From positions 3,720,001 through 3,784,000 of the forward strand of contig CP075492.1 of assembly GCA_021613535.1 (NCBI GenBank): a stretch of 64,000 bases of DNA. The letters are read 5' to 3'. Under the pieces are notes generated by a model, which saw only the letters and a program-made list of their open reading frames with translations, had not been told where the DNA came from and made no database searches. A program made the position numbers and the translations under genes. The stretch is from Adineta vaga. Its lineage: Eukaryota > Animalia > Rotifera. Positions 50,880 through 64,000 of this stretch are shown here, piece after piece (within the stretch, counting starts at the first letter, position 1; every line of letters begins with the position of its first letter).

Positions 50880-53372
50880 TTAGTTCAAAATTCTTTTCAT
50901 TCGTTGTCTATGTCTTGTTTTTGTTTGGATACGCGATGGATTAAATGTAGCTTCCAGTTTGGTGAAAATAGCATATAATGCCAATGCATGTGCAGGCATC
51001 ATCACCAAAAATATAACAGCTGTCATTATTGCAACCGGTTGCTTACATGCTTCTTCCTATTTTCAAAATATAATGCGATCTATGTTAACTATAAGTCATC
51101 GAGAATTTGATACTTACGAAATCTTTTGGATACATTACAGCAACTGTGGATTCAGTTGTTTTTGATGGAGTTGTTGGACCAGCAGTTGTTGGAGCTAAAA
51201 AGAAAAAAAAATAACTAATTCCATGTGTCAACTATTTGTTCACATATCATTACCAGCAGTAGTTGGAGGCGAAGTGCTTGAAGTTGTTGCTGTTGTTGTA
51301 ATAGGTGCAGTTGTTGTAATGACGATACCCGTTGTTGTTAACTATAAGACAGTTTTTTTAGATGAATCGAAGAACTTAGCATAATATGAACATACTAAAG
51401 TATTGATACTTGTTGTTGATGTTGGTTTTGTAGTGACTGTAACTGTTGTGAAAGGAGTTGTTGTCGTTGTGGTTGTTGATGACACTGCTGGATTCCAAAT
51501 ATTGAATACCCAATAAGTTGGATCAGTGACAGGGGCAGATTCAGGTCCTGAAATGGAAGCATGACTAAATTTTGACAAAATCTGATGAAAAGTTCAATGA
51601 GTTACCACAAAATTCAGTACCACTTGCAACACCTAGAATAACAATAGAAAAGAATGTATCAATGGAATAGTTCGTTTATAGAAAACATACCACTATCGAA
51701 TGTGACATAATAAAAGTGTCCAGCAGTCCATGGTGCAATGGGAAAACGAATGATTGTAGTAAAGCCAGTGTAAGTGACTTCAGGTGCCCAACCACAATCG
51801 TATTTTTGTACGAGTGTACCACCAAGAGTAGAATCCCAGAAGTAAATGTACGTACCATTACGATTAGGTCGATTGACTGACTTTGTGGCTAAAAATATTA
51901 AAGCATGATAGTGTATCGGCGTATTATCTTTCTGTTGTTGAGTAAATCTTACTTTGAATAGAAAACACAGTATGATTTTGGAAGACAGTACCAATTGGTG
52001 ATGCTGAACCTTGAACCAACGTTGGACGAATAACATCGGGTGATTGAAAGCCAACTAGGTATGTAATACACCATTGATTTGATTGAATATTCGTGTTATC
52101 AACAGTTCCAAAACATACAGCTTGTGGGCCAATTGACCGGAAACAGGAACCCAGCTGAGAGTGATATGATAGATACCTACAAATGATACAATATAAAAAC
52201 TAAATTAATGATATTTCATATTTTCTGACCTGTGCTCGGATTTGTAATAGCACTTTTTGTCATTCCTACTGGTACACTTGAAACATATTCAACAATACTC
52301 TTTCCAGGACAATAGACTTGTGTTATGACAATTTCAGTAATATTTTCGCCAACCAATACACCGATACAAGCTAAGAAAACAAAGGATTAGAAATGATCAA
52401 AATTTTATTGCTCAATATTTAACTTACCTCGATTTGGTCGGTTACCAATGATAGCTGGTGCAGTCGTGCAACCACCAGGATTAGCATAGCCAAGAAAAAG
52501 AAATTGAAGAGGAACAGAACTCATTGGTGTATTTGCTGCATATGCTGCAGCATTGTAGAAATCTTCAATTTGTACTGCTACTGCAGCATACGAACCAGCG
52601 ATGGTAAGCGTGAAAACAATGGTACAATTCGCTCCAATAAGAGTAGCACCTGGTACACCATTACACACATTAGCACATTCATTATATTGATTAATAGTAG
52701 TTGTTGCACCAACTGACCATCGACATTTTAACAAATCCGTTCCATCAAAATCAGACATCTGAACAACATGAACATGTTGTATATTGATTTCTTTGTAGAG
52801 AATAGGAAGACTAACAGCAACAGGACTGGTATTCAAATATCCATCAGGTCTTATCAAAGTACTGATTCGGCCAACAACCGACCAAAAACCACCACTTCCA
52901 ACAACAAGAGTAGAAAACCAAGCATTCCCGGCGAAAGCGATACTGAAAGATGTGTTGATTGGTACTGTATATGTTTGATAATATTCACCAGAAGCAACAT
53001 CCAGAGGAGCACTGAAATCAGTACAGTACGTTAGGGTGTTCATACCCGTCCAATAGCCACCACAAGTGCCAGCTACACAATTGATTGTAAATGAATCACC
53101 GATCATCGGAGCTTGTGCAGCGATAATAGCAGCAGAACATGGTGGAGCATTCCATGAACGACGCCATGACCATCGTTCTCGTACAATGACAGGAACTGAT
53201 GCGCCTGATGGAGTACTGTTGTATGGACGTCTATAAAAAGGATGAATATAAAATAGAAATCAATGTGAAATTGATTCTTAACTTACGATGTAATTGTTCC
53301 ACCACGGAAATGAGAAGTATGAACAAAAAAAACGGAACAGAAGAAGCAGATGAGATGAAATATATTAATCAT
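50880..53372 (-). CDS. Type I membrane/adhesion-like protein with SHFRGG N-terminus, Thr-rich stalk and C-terminal TM; multi-exon
   Basis: Signal peptide then SHFRGGTIT; RPDGYLNTSPV; SDFDGTDLLKCRWS; SSVPLQF; poly-Thr; hydrophobic segment and basic tail. Confidence 0.75.
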
Positions 53373-55651
53373 CACCTGCTTGTTGCAAAATTAAATGAAA
53401 GAAGAAAATGAATCGAAGGTTGAATGATGCGTGTTTTATACCATAGTTTTCAACAAAGAAAAAAGGCGTGATGAAACAAACGTAATTACATCCCTAAAGC
53501 AGAATTGTCGTTATTGTCAAGTAAAATATATATCGTTTTGACCACGTAGCAACGAAAAAGACATAAAAAATGAATGCGCAATGGCATTCTGACAGTGAAA
53601 AGCTTTTTAAACACTTTTGATACTCAAGTAACTAATAGAAAAGTGACTATAGGCAAAGTTTTATTTTTCTTTCAGTTTTTTCTGTTTTGTAAATCAAAGG
53701 TAGAAATAAAATTTGACTGAATTCTTTTTTCACACTGGGTCACTATCTGGACAGAAATATTGTTTTGAAAACAATTACTGGTGAGATTTGATGTTGCAAT
53801 TCAGATGGTAAACAAGAAAGTATCAAGCTGACATTCATTTATTCTGAGAGTCCTTCGTCTGTTATTCGATATTAACTGATTCATAAATATGATTTCTGTT
53901 TCTTCACTACTTACGAAACTAATTTTTTGCAATTTTTTTCATGCATTCAATTTAGTTCCTAACAAATAAATAAAAATATAATGCCTAGCTTTTGTCACAT
54001 CACTGGTTAGCATCGAGTAAATCCGATAATTCACGATCTCTGAAACCATGAATGTACACAATGGAAGCAAACTATATTGAATACATGGTTTCATATCCTT
54101 ATTCAAAAAAGCGGAGTGTACAAAGGACATTTTATGCAAATCATTTCTATTTTGCTTTGAAAAACTTATATATTTATTATTTGAACTTCGCGATACGTTT
54201 GTTTACATTTCGAAGAATTTAATTGATGAAGAAAACATAAAATCTATTAGTATTGTTTTTTTTCGTTTCCAAGAGAAGTATCGGTTGCAATAAGAAAATT
54301 TAAGTGTTCGATCAACTTGTTTGATGCATAAAATATTATTTACATTGTTAAAGATATATCGAACATACATTGATACAATAATTTTCTGCAGAATTATACT
54401 GTTTCATTTGACTGTATTCTTAGCACTTCGTTTACATCTTTCAAACGTTTGTGGTGCTTATCAATGCGAAATAAAAGAAAATTTTTCATAATAACGATTG
54501 TAATTTATGTGATGAAATTTGAGTAAGTCACAATCACGGTGCATGATTCACGTGCAGAAGAGAAGAAAGAAATCGTTTAACATAATGCAAAATATTTCTT
54601 GCAGTCAAATTCTATTTCGTCGAGAAGGACACAATGGTTAATTTATCTTGTACATTCGAAGTACAACAAAAGAATAAAGATCTTATCGATGATAATTCCA
54701 CAGACAGTATAGATTGATTTCCAATGTCAAAATTGATTAATTCTTTCTTAGCGTATCTCTTGCACGTTTCAACATGAAATTCTCATGAGAAATGTTGAGA
54801 TTGATCGTTCTGTTGCAATGGAATGTATAACCTTATGAAGAAAAAGATTTGTAGATATATAATCGATTATTAAATGAGAAGATTTTTATTGTTCAAAACA
54901 TATGAAGGTTAGTTATTTTTTCTTGATAAAAATGTTGTCAACTTCACATTAGTCTGACGTTTGACGATAAAACATGAGAAATTATCTATTATGTTGTCGA
55001 AGAAAAGAAAAGAAAACGATTACACGGCAGAAAAAAAAATCTGGTGCATTAAACGAACGTCAACAAGTTTTTTTTCTTCCTTTCCCGTTTCCATTTTCTT
55101 TTTATTCTATAAGAGAATATCGTCAATTAGATATGCCTTTCAAATCATCGTACTACGCACAGAACATCATCTCTATAAGAATCATGTTAGCTGATGTTGT
55201 TCGTTACTTATTTAAAAAACATTTTACCATACAAAGAAAATATCGATATCTCCAGAGTAAGTTTATATAGAAAACATTTATTTAAGGAAGAAGAAATTCT
55301 CTAATCACTTTGATGGAATATCTAAGAATAAATAGTGACAGTTTGATTCAATTGTTTATACGATGATTACTAATTATTAGCATATGTTACTAAGAAAAAC
55401 ATGTATATACTTGTAAGAAAAACAGATCAATACAAAGGATAGATAAAAAACCATGTGAAGAGACAATAGAACGACGATATATTGTGTATAATGAAGTGTA
55501 TATTACAAAAGAATAGACGATAGGTTTGATTTTATCATTTGTGATCATTGAAACACGCGCGGATAGATTACTTATTTAAAGTTTATGAAGTTTGTTGGCT
55601 TCTGATCGAATAGAAATTTCGTTTTTTTTCTTCTGCTAAAGAATAATTCAA

Positions 55652-57492
55652 ATGTCTATTGATCCAACATCATCACTATTGTCCTTCGAGGACAAAGGTA
55701 AGTCTTATTTACAATTAAAGTTTTGTATTTTTTTTCGCTTTAAAGACAAATCAAATATAAAAACGAATACTGATGAATTACATTCAACTATCCACGCAAT
55801 AATTATTCCAAGTCGAGATTATTTTACGACTAATTATGAATCAAAAAATGTTTCTTCTGAAAAGCATACTAGGAAATTTTTGTGTGTTCTTTTAAGTCTC
55901 ACGACGGTTTTCATTGCCTTTCTTGCATTACTCTTCTGGATAACTTATAGTACACATATATCCATACCAGATCTTGATGTACAATATACAACTACACAAT
56001 CATTATCTTTTACTGAAACATTATCAGGTAGGCATTTCTTTTATTATTTTCATATCTGTCTCTAATCAAGCATATCGTTCAGATGTTTCTACAGACATTA
56101 TTCAGATACAAACGAGTGATATTACACTGACTACGCCTTTGCTCAATAATTATACAACAGATAATGGTGAGTGTGAACACAAAATAATGAAAATCTCCTA
56201 ACTTTTCTCTCTCAGATACATATCAAACTACGGAACCTGTCAAGCAAGAACTGGTGAAAAAGGTTCTATTTATTATTGCAGATGGTATTCCAGCGGATGT
56301 CATTGAAAATATTTCCCTAGTTCACATGAAATACATTCAAGAAATCGGTGCATACACTCGAGCATATGTTGGTGGTGACAAAGGAACTTATACACAAACA
56401 CCAACGATATCCTCACCTGGTTATATGAGTTTATTAACTGGTACATGGGGAAATAAGCATAATATTTATGATAATTATGTAAAGAATCCAAATTATCATT
56501 ATAAGAATATATTTCGATTGTTAAAAGAACAAGAACCTCACAAAAAGATCGGTATTTTTTCGACGTGGACAATGAATCGTGTGAAACTAATTGGTGAAGG
56601 TTTAGTAGAAGCTGGAAATATTACATTTGATTATAAATTTGATGGATACGAATTAGATCGACTAACTTATCCTCGTGATAAACGAGCTCGTCATATTCAT
56701 GATATTGATCAACGTGTTACTAATGAAACTGTTGCATGTATTAGAAAAGATGCACCTGATCTTTCATGGGTTTATCTAGAATATACAGATGATATTGGAC
56801 ATTTTTATGGAGATAGTGAACAATTTACTCAGTCGATTTTGTCTTTGGATGATCAAATGGGAAGAATTTGGGAAGCAATTGAATATCGAATGAAACATTT
56901 CCAAGAAGATTGGTTAGTTTTGATTACAACAGATCATGGAAGAGATTCCAAAGATGGAAAACATCATTCTGGTCAATCATTTCGAGAACGAACTACTTGG
57001 ATTATGACGAATAATCAACAAATGAATCGATATTTTCATGACTATCAACCTGCAATTGTTGATCTATTACCAACAATTGTGAGATTTTTGAATTTAACCA
57101 TTCCTATGGAATCTGAACGAGAACTGGATGGAATACCGTTGATAGGAAACGTATCGTTGATTCGCCCTTTGGTTCATTTGAATGGAAATAAATTGAATAT
57201 TAGTTGGACAATGTTAAACAATCTTGGAAATGTCACAGTATGGTTTTCAATGAATAATCTATTTAAAAAAGGTCTCATGGATAATTATACAATGATTACT
57301 ACAATTCCAGTCACTAAACAGATGATCGTGATTGATGTTGGAAAATATCCATCACAATTCTATAAAATAGTACTTGAAGGACAATATAATTCAGTAAATA
57401 AATGGATATATCGACCATGGTATCGGAATTCAATACAAGAAATGAAGAATAGCACAATTTCATTCAATAAAATCTCTCAAACAAATTTTTAG
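55652..57492 (+). CDS. Alkaline phosphatase superfamily/type I phosphodiesterase with N-terminal TM anchor
   Basis: FIIADGIPAD, TPTISSPG, LLTGTW.NKH, YLEYTDD.GH, LITTDHG in one large exon. Three upstream short exons encode a TM helix and a Thr-rich stalk. Confidence 0.88.
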
Positions 57493-57807
57493 ATTATCTT
57501 TTTTTTTATTACTTATTTAGTTAATTAATATAATTCAATAAACTTTCATTTCAATCAAACTCATGAAATAAAATGAACATCATTTCTGGTAGTAAATATT
57601 ATGCATATTAGTAAGCGAGAAACGATGTTCGAGAGAACTGTAGCTTTAAAACATCGTTATACTGTGTGATATCCACCTCCTCTATAGATAACCTACCAAA
57701 AATCTTTTCATTCTTGATTTTTTCTTAGCAATTATTTGCATGAATTTGAAATGCAATTTGTTTAATATAAAGTCAATAGAAATCATTTCAGATATTATTG
57801 TTTTAAA

Positions 57808-57858
57808 AAGCACTCACGCCCTCAAGAAGTAGTAGGTGTGGGTGGGTGAGAGTGAGTA
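57808..57858. repeat. CACCC/GGGTG-rich palindromic short element
   Basis: CACTCACGCCC..GGTGTGGGTGGGTGAGAGTGAGT; related to 62188-62223. Confidence 0.45.
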
Positions 57859-58159
57859 TTATAGAAGATGTTCCTATGACTATAGTTTCGACCAGAGAAA
57901 AAGATTATGCTGAAATAAACTATTACTATAATAATATTTATTTGTTTATTTAAATATCTAATTTTATTTCAAAGTTGTAAAATAAAGATTTCTCAACGAT
58001 TATTAATTTTAATAACGAATATTTATTTATAAGTGCTTGAATAGTATTGATTGAAATGAATAAATGTATCTTATTGCAGTAACAGAAATTCAAAAACAAG
58101 AAAAAAGCTAATATCTAATCTGTAGAAAATCTTAAAATAATCATTGTGATTGTTGATGT

Positions 58160-58900
58160 TTAATCGGATTTCTCTTCACTTTGGTTACTTTTTAAAAGTA
58201 GTTTTGCTTTATCTAGAAAACAAAGAAAGAATACATTATTATTTCAAGAATTATTCCCCTAATATATCATCCCACATGTTTAAGATTTATTTATCGAAAA
58301 AGGACTTACCAAGTTAATATTAAATCCAAAATATGAATTCGATCTTTTGATAAAAATTACTATCAAATTAATACTATTACCCATAAAATCATTCAGAATT
58401 ATACAAGAAGCATAGGTTTTTTTCTAAGTCTACAAATTTTATTTTCAGTGTGTATCACATACCTAACCCATTAATAGATCGATAGATCGAGTTCATATTT
58501 TTGATTTAATACTTATATTACAAGACTTTCCTCTAAGATAAGAAAAATTTTTTCGCCTATTGAGTATTCAATTCCTGTTCAACTATTCCTTGAACTCATC
58601 TTAAAATGCAATCAAGCTTATGATATACGTACCATAATCTTTTTGGTTTTATCTTGTATATAACAATCATTTGTTTCCCGTGTATCTGCAGATTTAGGAG
58701 ACAAAGTAGTTGTCATCGATTTAATTTCGGCTTCCATAAACTCCTTCATAGCTTTGTCAAACTATAATAATTTGAAATAGAACTCTTGTTAAACTTTGAT
58801 GTATAAATCAAAGAGAATCATACTTTTCCTACAATCGTTGGAGCGTTTTTCAAATTAACTTCAAGCTTCTCTTCGGTCATTTGTCTTTCAAATGAAGATT
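58160..58900 (-). pseudogene. Possible decayed multi-exon gene
   Basis: Exon-like blocks (MTEEKLEVNLKNAPTIVGK; FDKAMKEFMEAEIKS..) bounded by GT/AG; later blocks contain stops. Confidence 0.3.
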
Positions 58901-60003
58901 CTAAAATAAAGTCTAATCATATTAATCGCTTCTTCTTTTTCCAGTAGTATAAACTCTCTGTTGTGGCTGACTTGCGATTGTTTTAAAACGATATACATAC
59001 GTTCGTTACTGTAAGATACACGTATCTTTGAATGCGTTTCTATGCCAACTGATCATTATCAACACAAAAAAAATAAGACAGAGCCAAGATAAAGGCGGCC
59101 TTGATGCTAAAGAAGCGGGAGATACAGACGTGAAAACATGTTACAAGAAGAAAAGCTAAAATTGTGATATTTTGCTGGTATGGTCCTCGCCCTCTTTCAT
59201 TTCGCAAACTAAAACGAATCCCTTTTCTTTCATGCGAGTCTTCCTTTCAAGTATCCAATGTACCAGAGAATCAGAACAGAACAAATATAAACCTGATGCG
59301 CTGATATACTCAAATAGATAAAGATGCATATTTATAGTAGCAGCGCTAACTTCTATCAGAACATTTTCTTCATAACATACTTTCACGATCTTTTAATGAA
59401 ACATTTTTCTTATCTTAATTACCGCCATCAATAACGAAAAGCATTCATTCATTTATTACTTGTTTACTGAATATCAAAGGTAGTTTTTCTATGAGTAAAA
59501 GTCTCTGAATATGCCGAAAAAAAACATTTTTGATTGAGAATAAATTAAACCAAAACTAAGATAGACGTAAAAAATGAACTGAGAAACTAAACTTTTTTCA
59601 ATACAATCATCAAAATAAGTACGGCACAATTAATCATATAACAAACACAAGCTATAAATCTTGTCGAGCCAGAGAGACGTTTTCAAAATCCTTCGAACGT
59701 TTGACCTTTCATTATCTTGATTCGTAATTTTTACTTTTGAACCAAACTTTAATGTTCGCATAAACTTTGGGTACTCGACGAATTCTGAAAATTTACTAAC
59801 ATGACAATAAATTGAAATATGAAAAACCCTGTTCAAACCATGAAATCATTCAACGAATTCAGATTCACCATTTGAAAGTCAATCTCAGTAGAACAATAAA
59901 CACTCGATTCTTTTAGAGATGTATTTCAAAAAACATATGCTCATACTGTATTTTATTAATAGAATTTACTCAATAAATTGAACAACATTTCATAGAGGGT
60001 TGT

Positions 60004-61767
60004 TTACAATGAAAGAAAATAGAAATAAAACTCTTGCGAGTGCACCATTGGTACTTTATCATCAAAGACCATATACTTCATGTTTGCACAATTTATACGC
60101 GTTTCATTTCTTGTAAAATTTTCCGTAACAACAACTAAGTGTTGATATTGAATGTAAAGTTTGCAAAGACAGGGTAGATTTGTATTAGATTGCGAAACAA
60201 ATTGTTCTACATAGTCGATATGTACATGCGCACAATCAAGTTCCACGAGATGAGAATATTCAATAATTTGATATTGATCTTCGAATTTCATCAACTCATT
60301 ATATCGTTTTTCTTTTTGTCCGATTGTATTTCTGATTGTTAGACGAGTAAGTAATGGAAAAGAACGTGCGATAATACCGAAAAATTGATATTCGAATGGA
60401 TGATCATTGTCTACCAGACTCAAAACACGAACAGTCATGAATGTACCACCAGAAAAATTGTGTGTAATGTGATGCATACGATCCATACGAAATGGAATGG
60501 AATGGATGTGACATCGATTCGAACTATTATAATTACAATCGATGTAACAATTAACATGATATCCTATTTGATCAAACGTACATCGAATATCATCAGCAGA
60601 TGGTTTGACATGTCCATCAATTCTGACAAAATCTGTAATTAGATCGCAATTAAATACACGTAGATGAGGCATTTGTTTGAATATGTTGTTGTACAGGTAT
60701 GTTCCATCAATGAATGAAGTTCGACGACGAATACCAAGAGATAATGTAAGACTTTCTAAATGCGACATTCGACGTACAAATGGTACAATGTGATCATCAA
60801 ATTCAGTTGTTGGAAGAAAGACATTTAATGAAAAACATTTGAGTTTTAGTAGACTATTCTACAAAAAAATAAAATAGAAAAATAATTGATTTGATTCATA
60901 GTAGATCGTTTTTTTGTTACCGTATCAATATTTATTCTGGATGAAATTCTTCTCAATCGTGATAAATTAGCCCTCATCAATACTGGATCATATATATAAT
61001 CAAGATTAACAATAAAAGTCTGCAATTGAGTGAGGCGACCATCCAGTATATAGCGACAATCGTCAAAATTGTTCATTTTAATACATAAATGAACAATTTT
61101 AGAAGAAGAAAATGTAGCTAATGAAAGATTATTAAATAATGATCGTGGAAAGAAATAATTGTCATTGACGTCGAAGTTTAAATATTTCAGATTTTTTATC
61201 ACAACAAAACAACAGTTATAAATATCTGTTAATAATTTCAATCGTGATTCATTATGAATTTCATCACTGATTTTGACAATAAGATGCGTCAGTTGATGTT
61301 TGTACGTATGAATAAATGACGACTTCTCTGAAATAAAAAAAAAATCCATTCTCTACCGTCAATATTGAAAGATCAAACATACTAAAGAAAATATCCGGAA
61401 CCATTTTGAATTCAAGATCAATGAGAGCAAGGCTGTTTAAGTTAAAAAAATGACAAGTATGAAAAATGCGTTGCAAGAAACACGCTTGAATAGTAAGATC
61501 TTCAAGCTTGTATTGAATTCGAGGTAATATATGTATACAAAATCGATCGAGCACAACATTAGTACTAGAATTGTTCAGTTTATGTGATGATATCATCGAT
61601 AAATTGATGCATTGACTAAAATTTATATCGCATGCCACATTATCGAGCTTTCGATTAACACCGACTAATGAGTATAACACATCGAATTTGTTGAGTTTCT
61701 TAAAGATTGTAAGTAAAATCTCGTCAGGTAAATCGACAATCCTTCGTTCTAGTTTGTTTATACTCAT
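60004..61767 (-). CDS. F-box + degenerate LRR protein, three exons
   Basis: DLPDEILLTIFKKL..FDVLYSLVGVNRKLD; LDGRLTQL; MSHLESLTL; FPLLTRLTI. ORFs are separated by intron-sized GT-AG gaps. Confidence 0.85.
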
Positions 61768-62187
61768 TCTGAGCTTCGTCCATGCTTGAACGTCTGACCG
61801 TCTATATATATATATATGTATGTATGTATATGTTTGCTCTTTCATTATCTACATTAAGAATATGGAACTTCAGTCAGGTTCGCTCATGAATATTGGCCGT
61901 AGTCAGTTACGCACGTCAAATGAAAAAAGTTTAATCTTAGAAATTTTCGTCGAACAAAGAAACAATAAGATCCTTACAGCTTTCATTTTTGACAAGTATT
62001 AATTTATACTTCTTTCGTTTTGGATGTCGTTTATTGTTTTACTATAATTGTTATCAGTTCAATGTATCGCAGAGTTATATTTATACTGCCAAAAACTCTG
62101 TAGAATGAAATCTAACGTTTGTAAACGTAAATAAAATGATCTCGTGTCAATTTTTTAAGAATCTCATGTACATTATGTGTATATAAG

Positions 62188-62223
62188 GGTGGGTGTGGGT
62201 GATAATCTACCCTGCACCCACCC
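62188..62223. repeat. GC-rich palindrome
   Basis: GGGTGGGTGTGGGT-gataatct-ACCCTGCACCCACCC. Confidence 0.7.
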
Positions 62224-62225
62224 TC

Positions 62226-62380
62226 AAATATCCGTCACAATTCTATAAAATAGTACTTGAAGGACAATACAATTCAGTAAATAAATGGATATACGAATCT
62301 CCCGAAGTCAACTGAAAAGCATTCACATGACAGTCTCTTGAACAAACTTTTAGATTAACTTTTCGTCGTTTAATTAATTA
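62226..62380 (+). pseudogene. Duplicated 3' fragment of the phosphatase gene
   Basis: 62226-62293 is nearly identical to 57343-57410 (KYPSQFYKIVLEGQYNSVNKWIY). AACAAA.TTTTAGATTA also matches the stop region at about 57480-57500. Confidence 0.85.
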
Positions 62381-62401
62381 ATAAATAAATTTAGACAAAA
62401 T

Positions 62402-63711
62402 TTATTTATAGAAAAGAATATTATCAGTACATAAACAGTGATCATCATGATCATCATAAGAAAGATAATTACAATCACATTTCGCACTATCACGAAGCTT
62501 GAAATAATTGAAATACTTTTCAGTATTGTAAAGTCGACGATCATTTGAATTCCAATTTCGATGATTCCGAACCCACTGCCAACTTTCCGAATCTGTGTAA
62601 TACCAATCACGGCATTTTCCACATCTGGCACAAGAACGGCCTTCACACCAAAGTTCTTTGTAGATACCAGGTGTTGCAAATTCTTCATGTTCTACAGAAA
62701 AAAAGTAAGTATTCAATACTGATGATGATCGTTCTCAAAATTAAGAATCATACCACTTCTTGTCGCTTTACTATTTGCTACTTTGTAGCTTTAATAAAAA
62801 AGAAACGAATTATAGTTTATCAGCTACTTACACACCAAAGCTCATTACTACTGCATCTTTTGAGACATTACCTCTTTGTTGAAGTAGCGTTTGTAGCAGA
62901 ACTAAATGATCTGGGAACATCCTGTAATAAAGACGGTTCGTTATTTTATTTATCAAAGAACCAATTTTACTTTTGATACGGTTTCTAAAAGTAAAGATTG
63001 TGGTTCGATTTCTTTCAGTTGTACCATACAGAGACCACCTGGTTGATCGAGCGATGCGATTACTTTGAATTGTCGGGCAGGTGGAAGAAGAATTTCATCT
63101 TCACTTTTGTATTGCGAATGTTGATGGATGTCTTTTCCACTTGTACATTCAATGCTGAAAAATGTTCTTTTTCCGTTCGAACCAAAAAACTGATCATTTT
63201 TTAAAACGTCCATTGTTGTTGTACAAGAAGTAAAACCCCACCAAATAATTACTTCCCCTTTTCGGTAATAACTTCCCCAATTACCCTTCACTCCACGATA
63301 AACTGTACTTTTAATCGAGAGAAGGTTTGAAAATGCTGTTAGAATCAATTTCAAATAAAGATACTATGGAATTAGTCTTCTTCGATCTTGTGTACGGAGA
63401 ACTGCATTTAAAACGAAATAAAGACATTCTTCTCTAGGTTTCCATTCCATTGAATACAATAGAATTGCAGCGGATTCATCTTTAGTCAAATGTTCAGCTG
63501 GACGTTTCGCACATTTCAGTTTAGCTTCCGATGCCTTTCTTCTGATATCAGGTACATATGAAACCAGCGGTTCGATAGCTTCTTCCAATGACACCAATGG
63601 CTCTTTCGCATAACCTTGTATTGGTGGTAACATTCGACAAGATTCACCAGTAGCATTTGAAAGACGAAGGTAATGTTGAAGTTCATCACTATCGGTACAC
63701 CTACTAATCAT
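62402..63711 (-). pseudogene. R-S-E (arginine-type) ADP-ribosyltransferase with a Cys-rich C-terminal exon, carrying an in-frame TAG
   Basis: PIQGY..EPLVSLEEA, LTKDESAAILLYSMEW, LYFVLN, LIP*YLYLKL (TAG at 63364-63366), VYRG, FTSCT, SEDEILL; last exon CEGRSCARCGKCRDW. Confidence 0.8.
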
Positions 63712-64000
63712 TTTTGCTGATCGAAACGAATGTTGTGTCGCATCTTAATATTTTCTCAGACGATTTGTGATGAAATAAAAAAATCATGTTTTTTTCTCGT
63801 TCTTTCTTCGACAGTATAACTATAACCTTGAAAGAGCACTTCAAGCTAGCTAATGCTCAGTTAAAAAAATATGAATATTTGTTTTCATCACTGCGGACAA
63901 TGAATTTGTATTTGTTTGAATAACATTAATGTAAAAAATTCGCGGAATAAACGAAAGAAAACACAATGTGACTCAGTTGATTACCTTTCCTTGATTTTTA

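Noticed and set aside
53400-55600. Short ORFs (53939, 54961, 54974)
   Set aside because: Low-complexity AT-rich translations with no motifs; probably regulatory or intergenic sequence.
63364-63366. Stop-codon reassignment or readthrough
   Set aside because: TAG terminates other genes in the window (e.g. GNAT, phosphatase); a single nonsense change suffices.
1-64000. Bacterial or fungal contaminant contig
   Set aside because: Alien-looking genes are interspersed with intron-containing animal genes (astacin, GPCRs), and some carry spliceosomal introns themselves.

Overview
AT-rich eukaryotic genomic DNA. The genes have short (about 50-66 bp) GT-AG introns, and the gene families (orphan rhodopsin-type GPCRs, F-box/LRR, R-S-E ADP-ribosyltransferases, many bacterial/fungal-looking enzymes) are typical of a bdelloid rotifer (Adineta/Rotaria-like; this is an inference). 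The window holds about 20 intact genes, two identical tRNA-Thr(UGU) genes, several pseudogenes and duplicated fragments, and a probable non-autonomous DNA transposon at the left edge. The most striking feature is a ~1,930-aa protein (24058-29893) that joins RRM-like repeats, a microbial-type PARG domain (GGG-x7-QEE), about 15 PBZ-like zinc fingers and an unannotated segment with the motif order of a DarT-like ADP-ribosyltransferase. It is a candidate single-chain writer/reader/eraser of ADP-ribose, and it sits head-to-head with a decayed WWE-ART gene. Nearby are a caspase-LRR fusion, a sacsin/NOV-like ATPase-nuclease, a second ART, and many probable horizontal acquisitions (ATP-grasp membrane protein, ComA/HSA32 relic, RTA1-like pair, GNAT, PhyH dioxygenase, Bacteroidetes-type phosphatase). 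Other notable items are a three-unit concatenated 2-TM/Cys-rich membrane protein and a 47-bp tandem array whose hairpins show compensatory changes. All family calls come from motif recognition by eye; no database searches were run.
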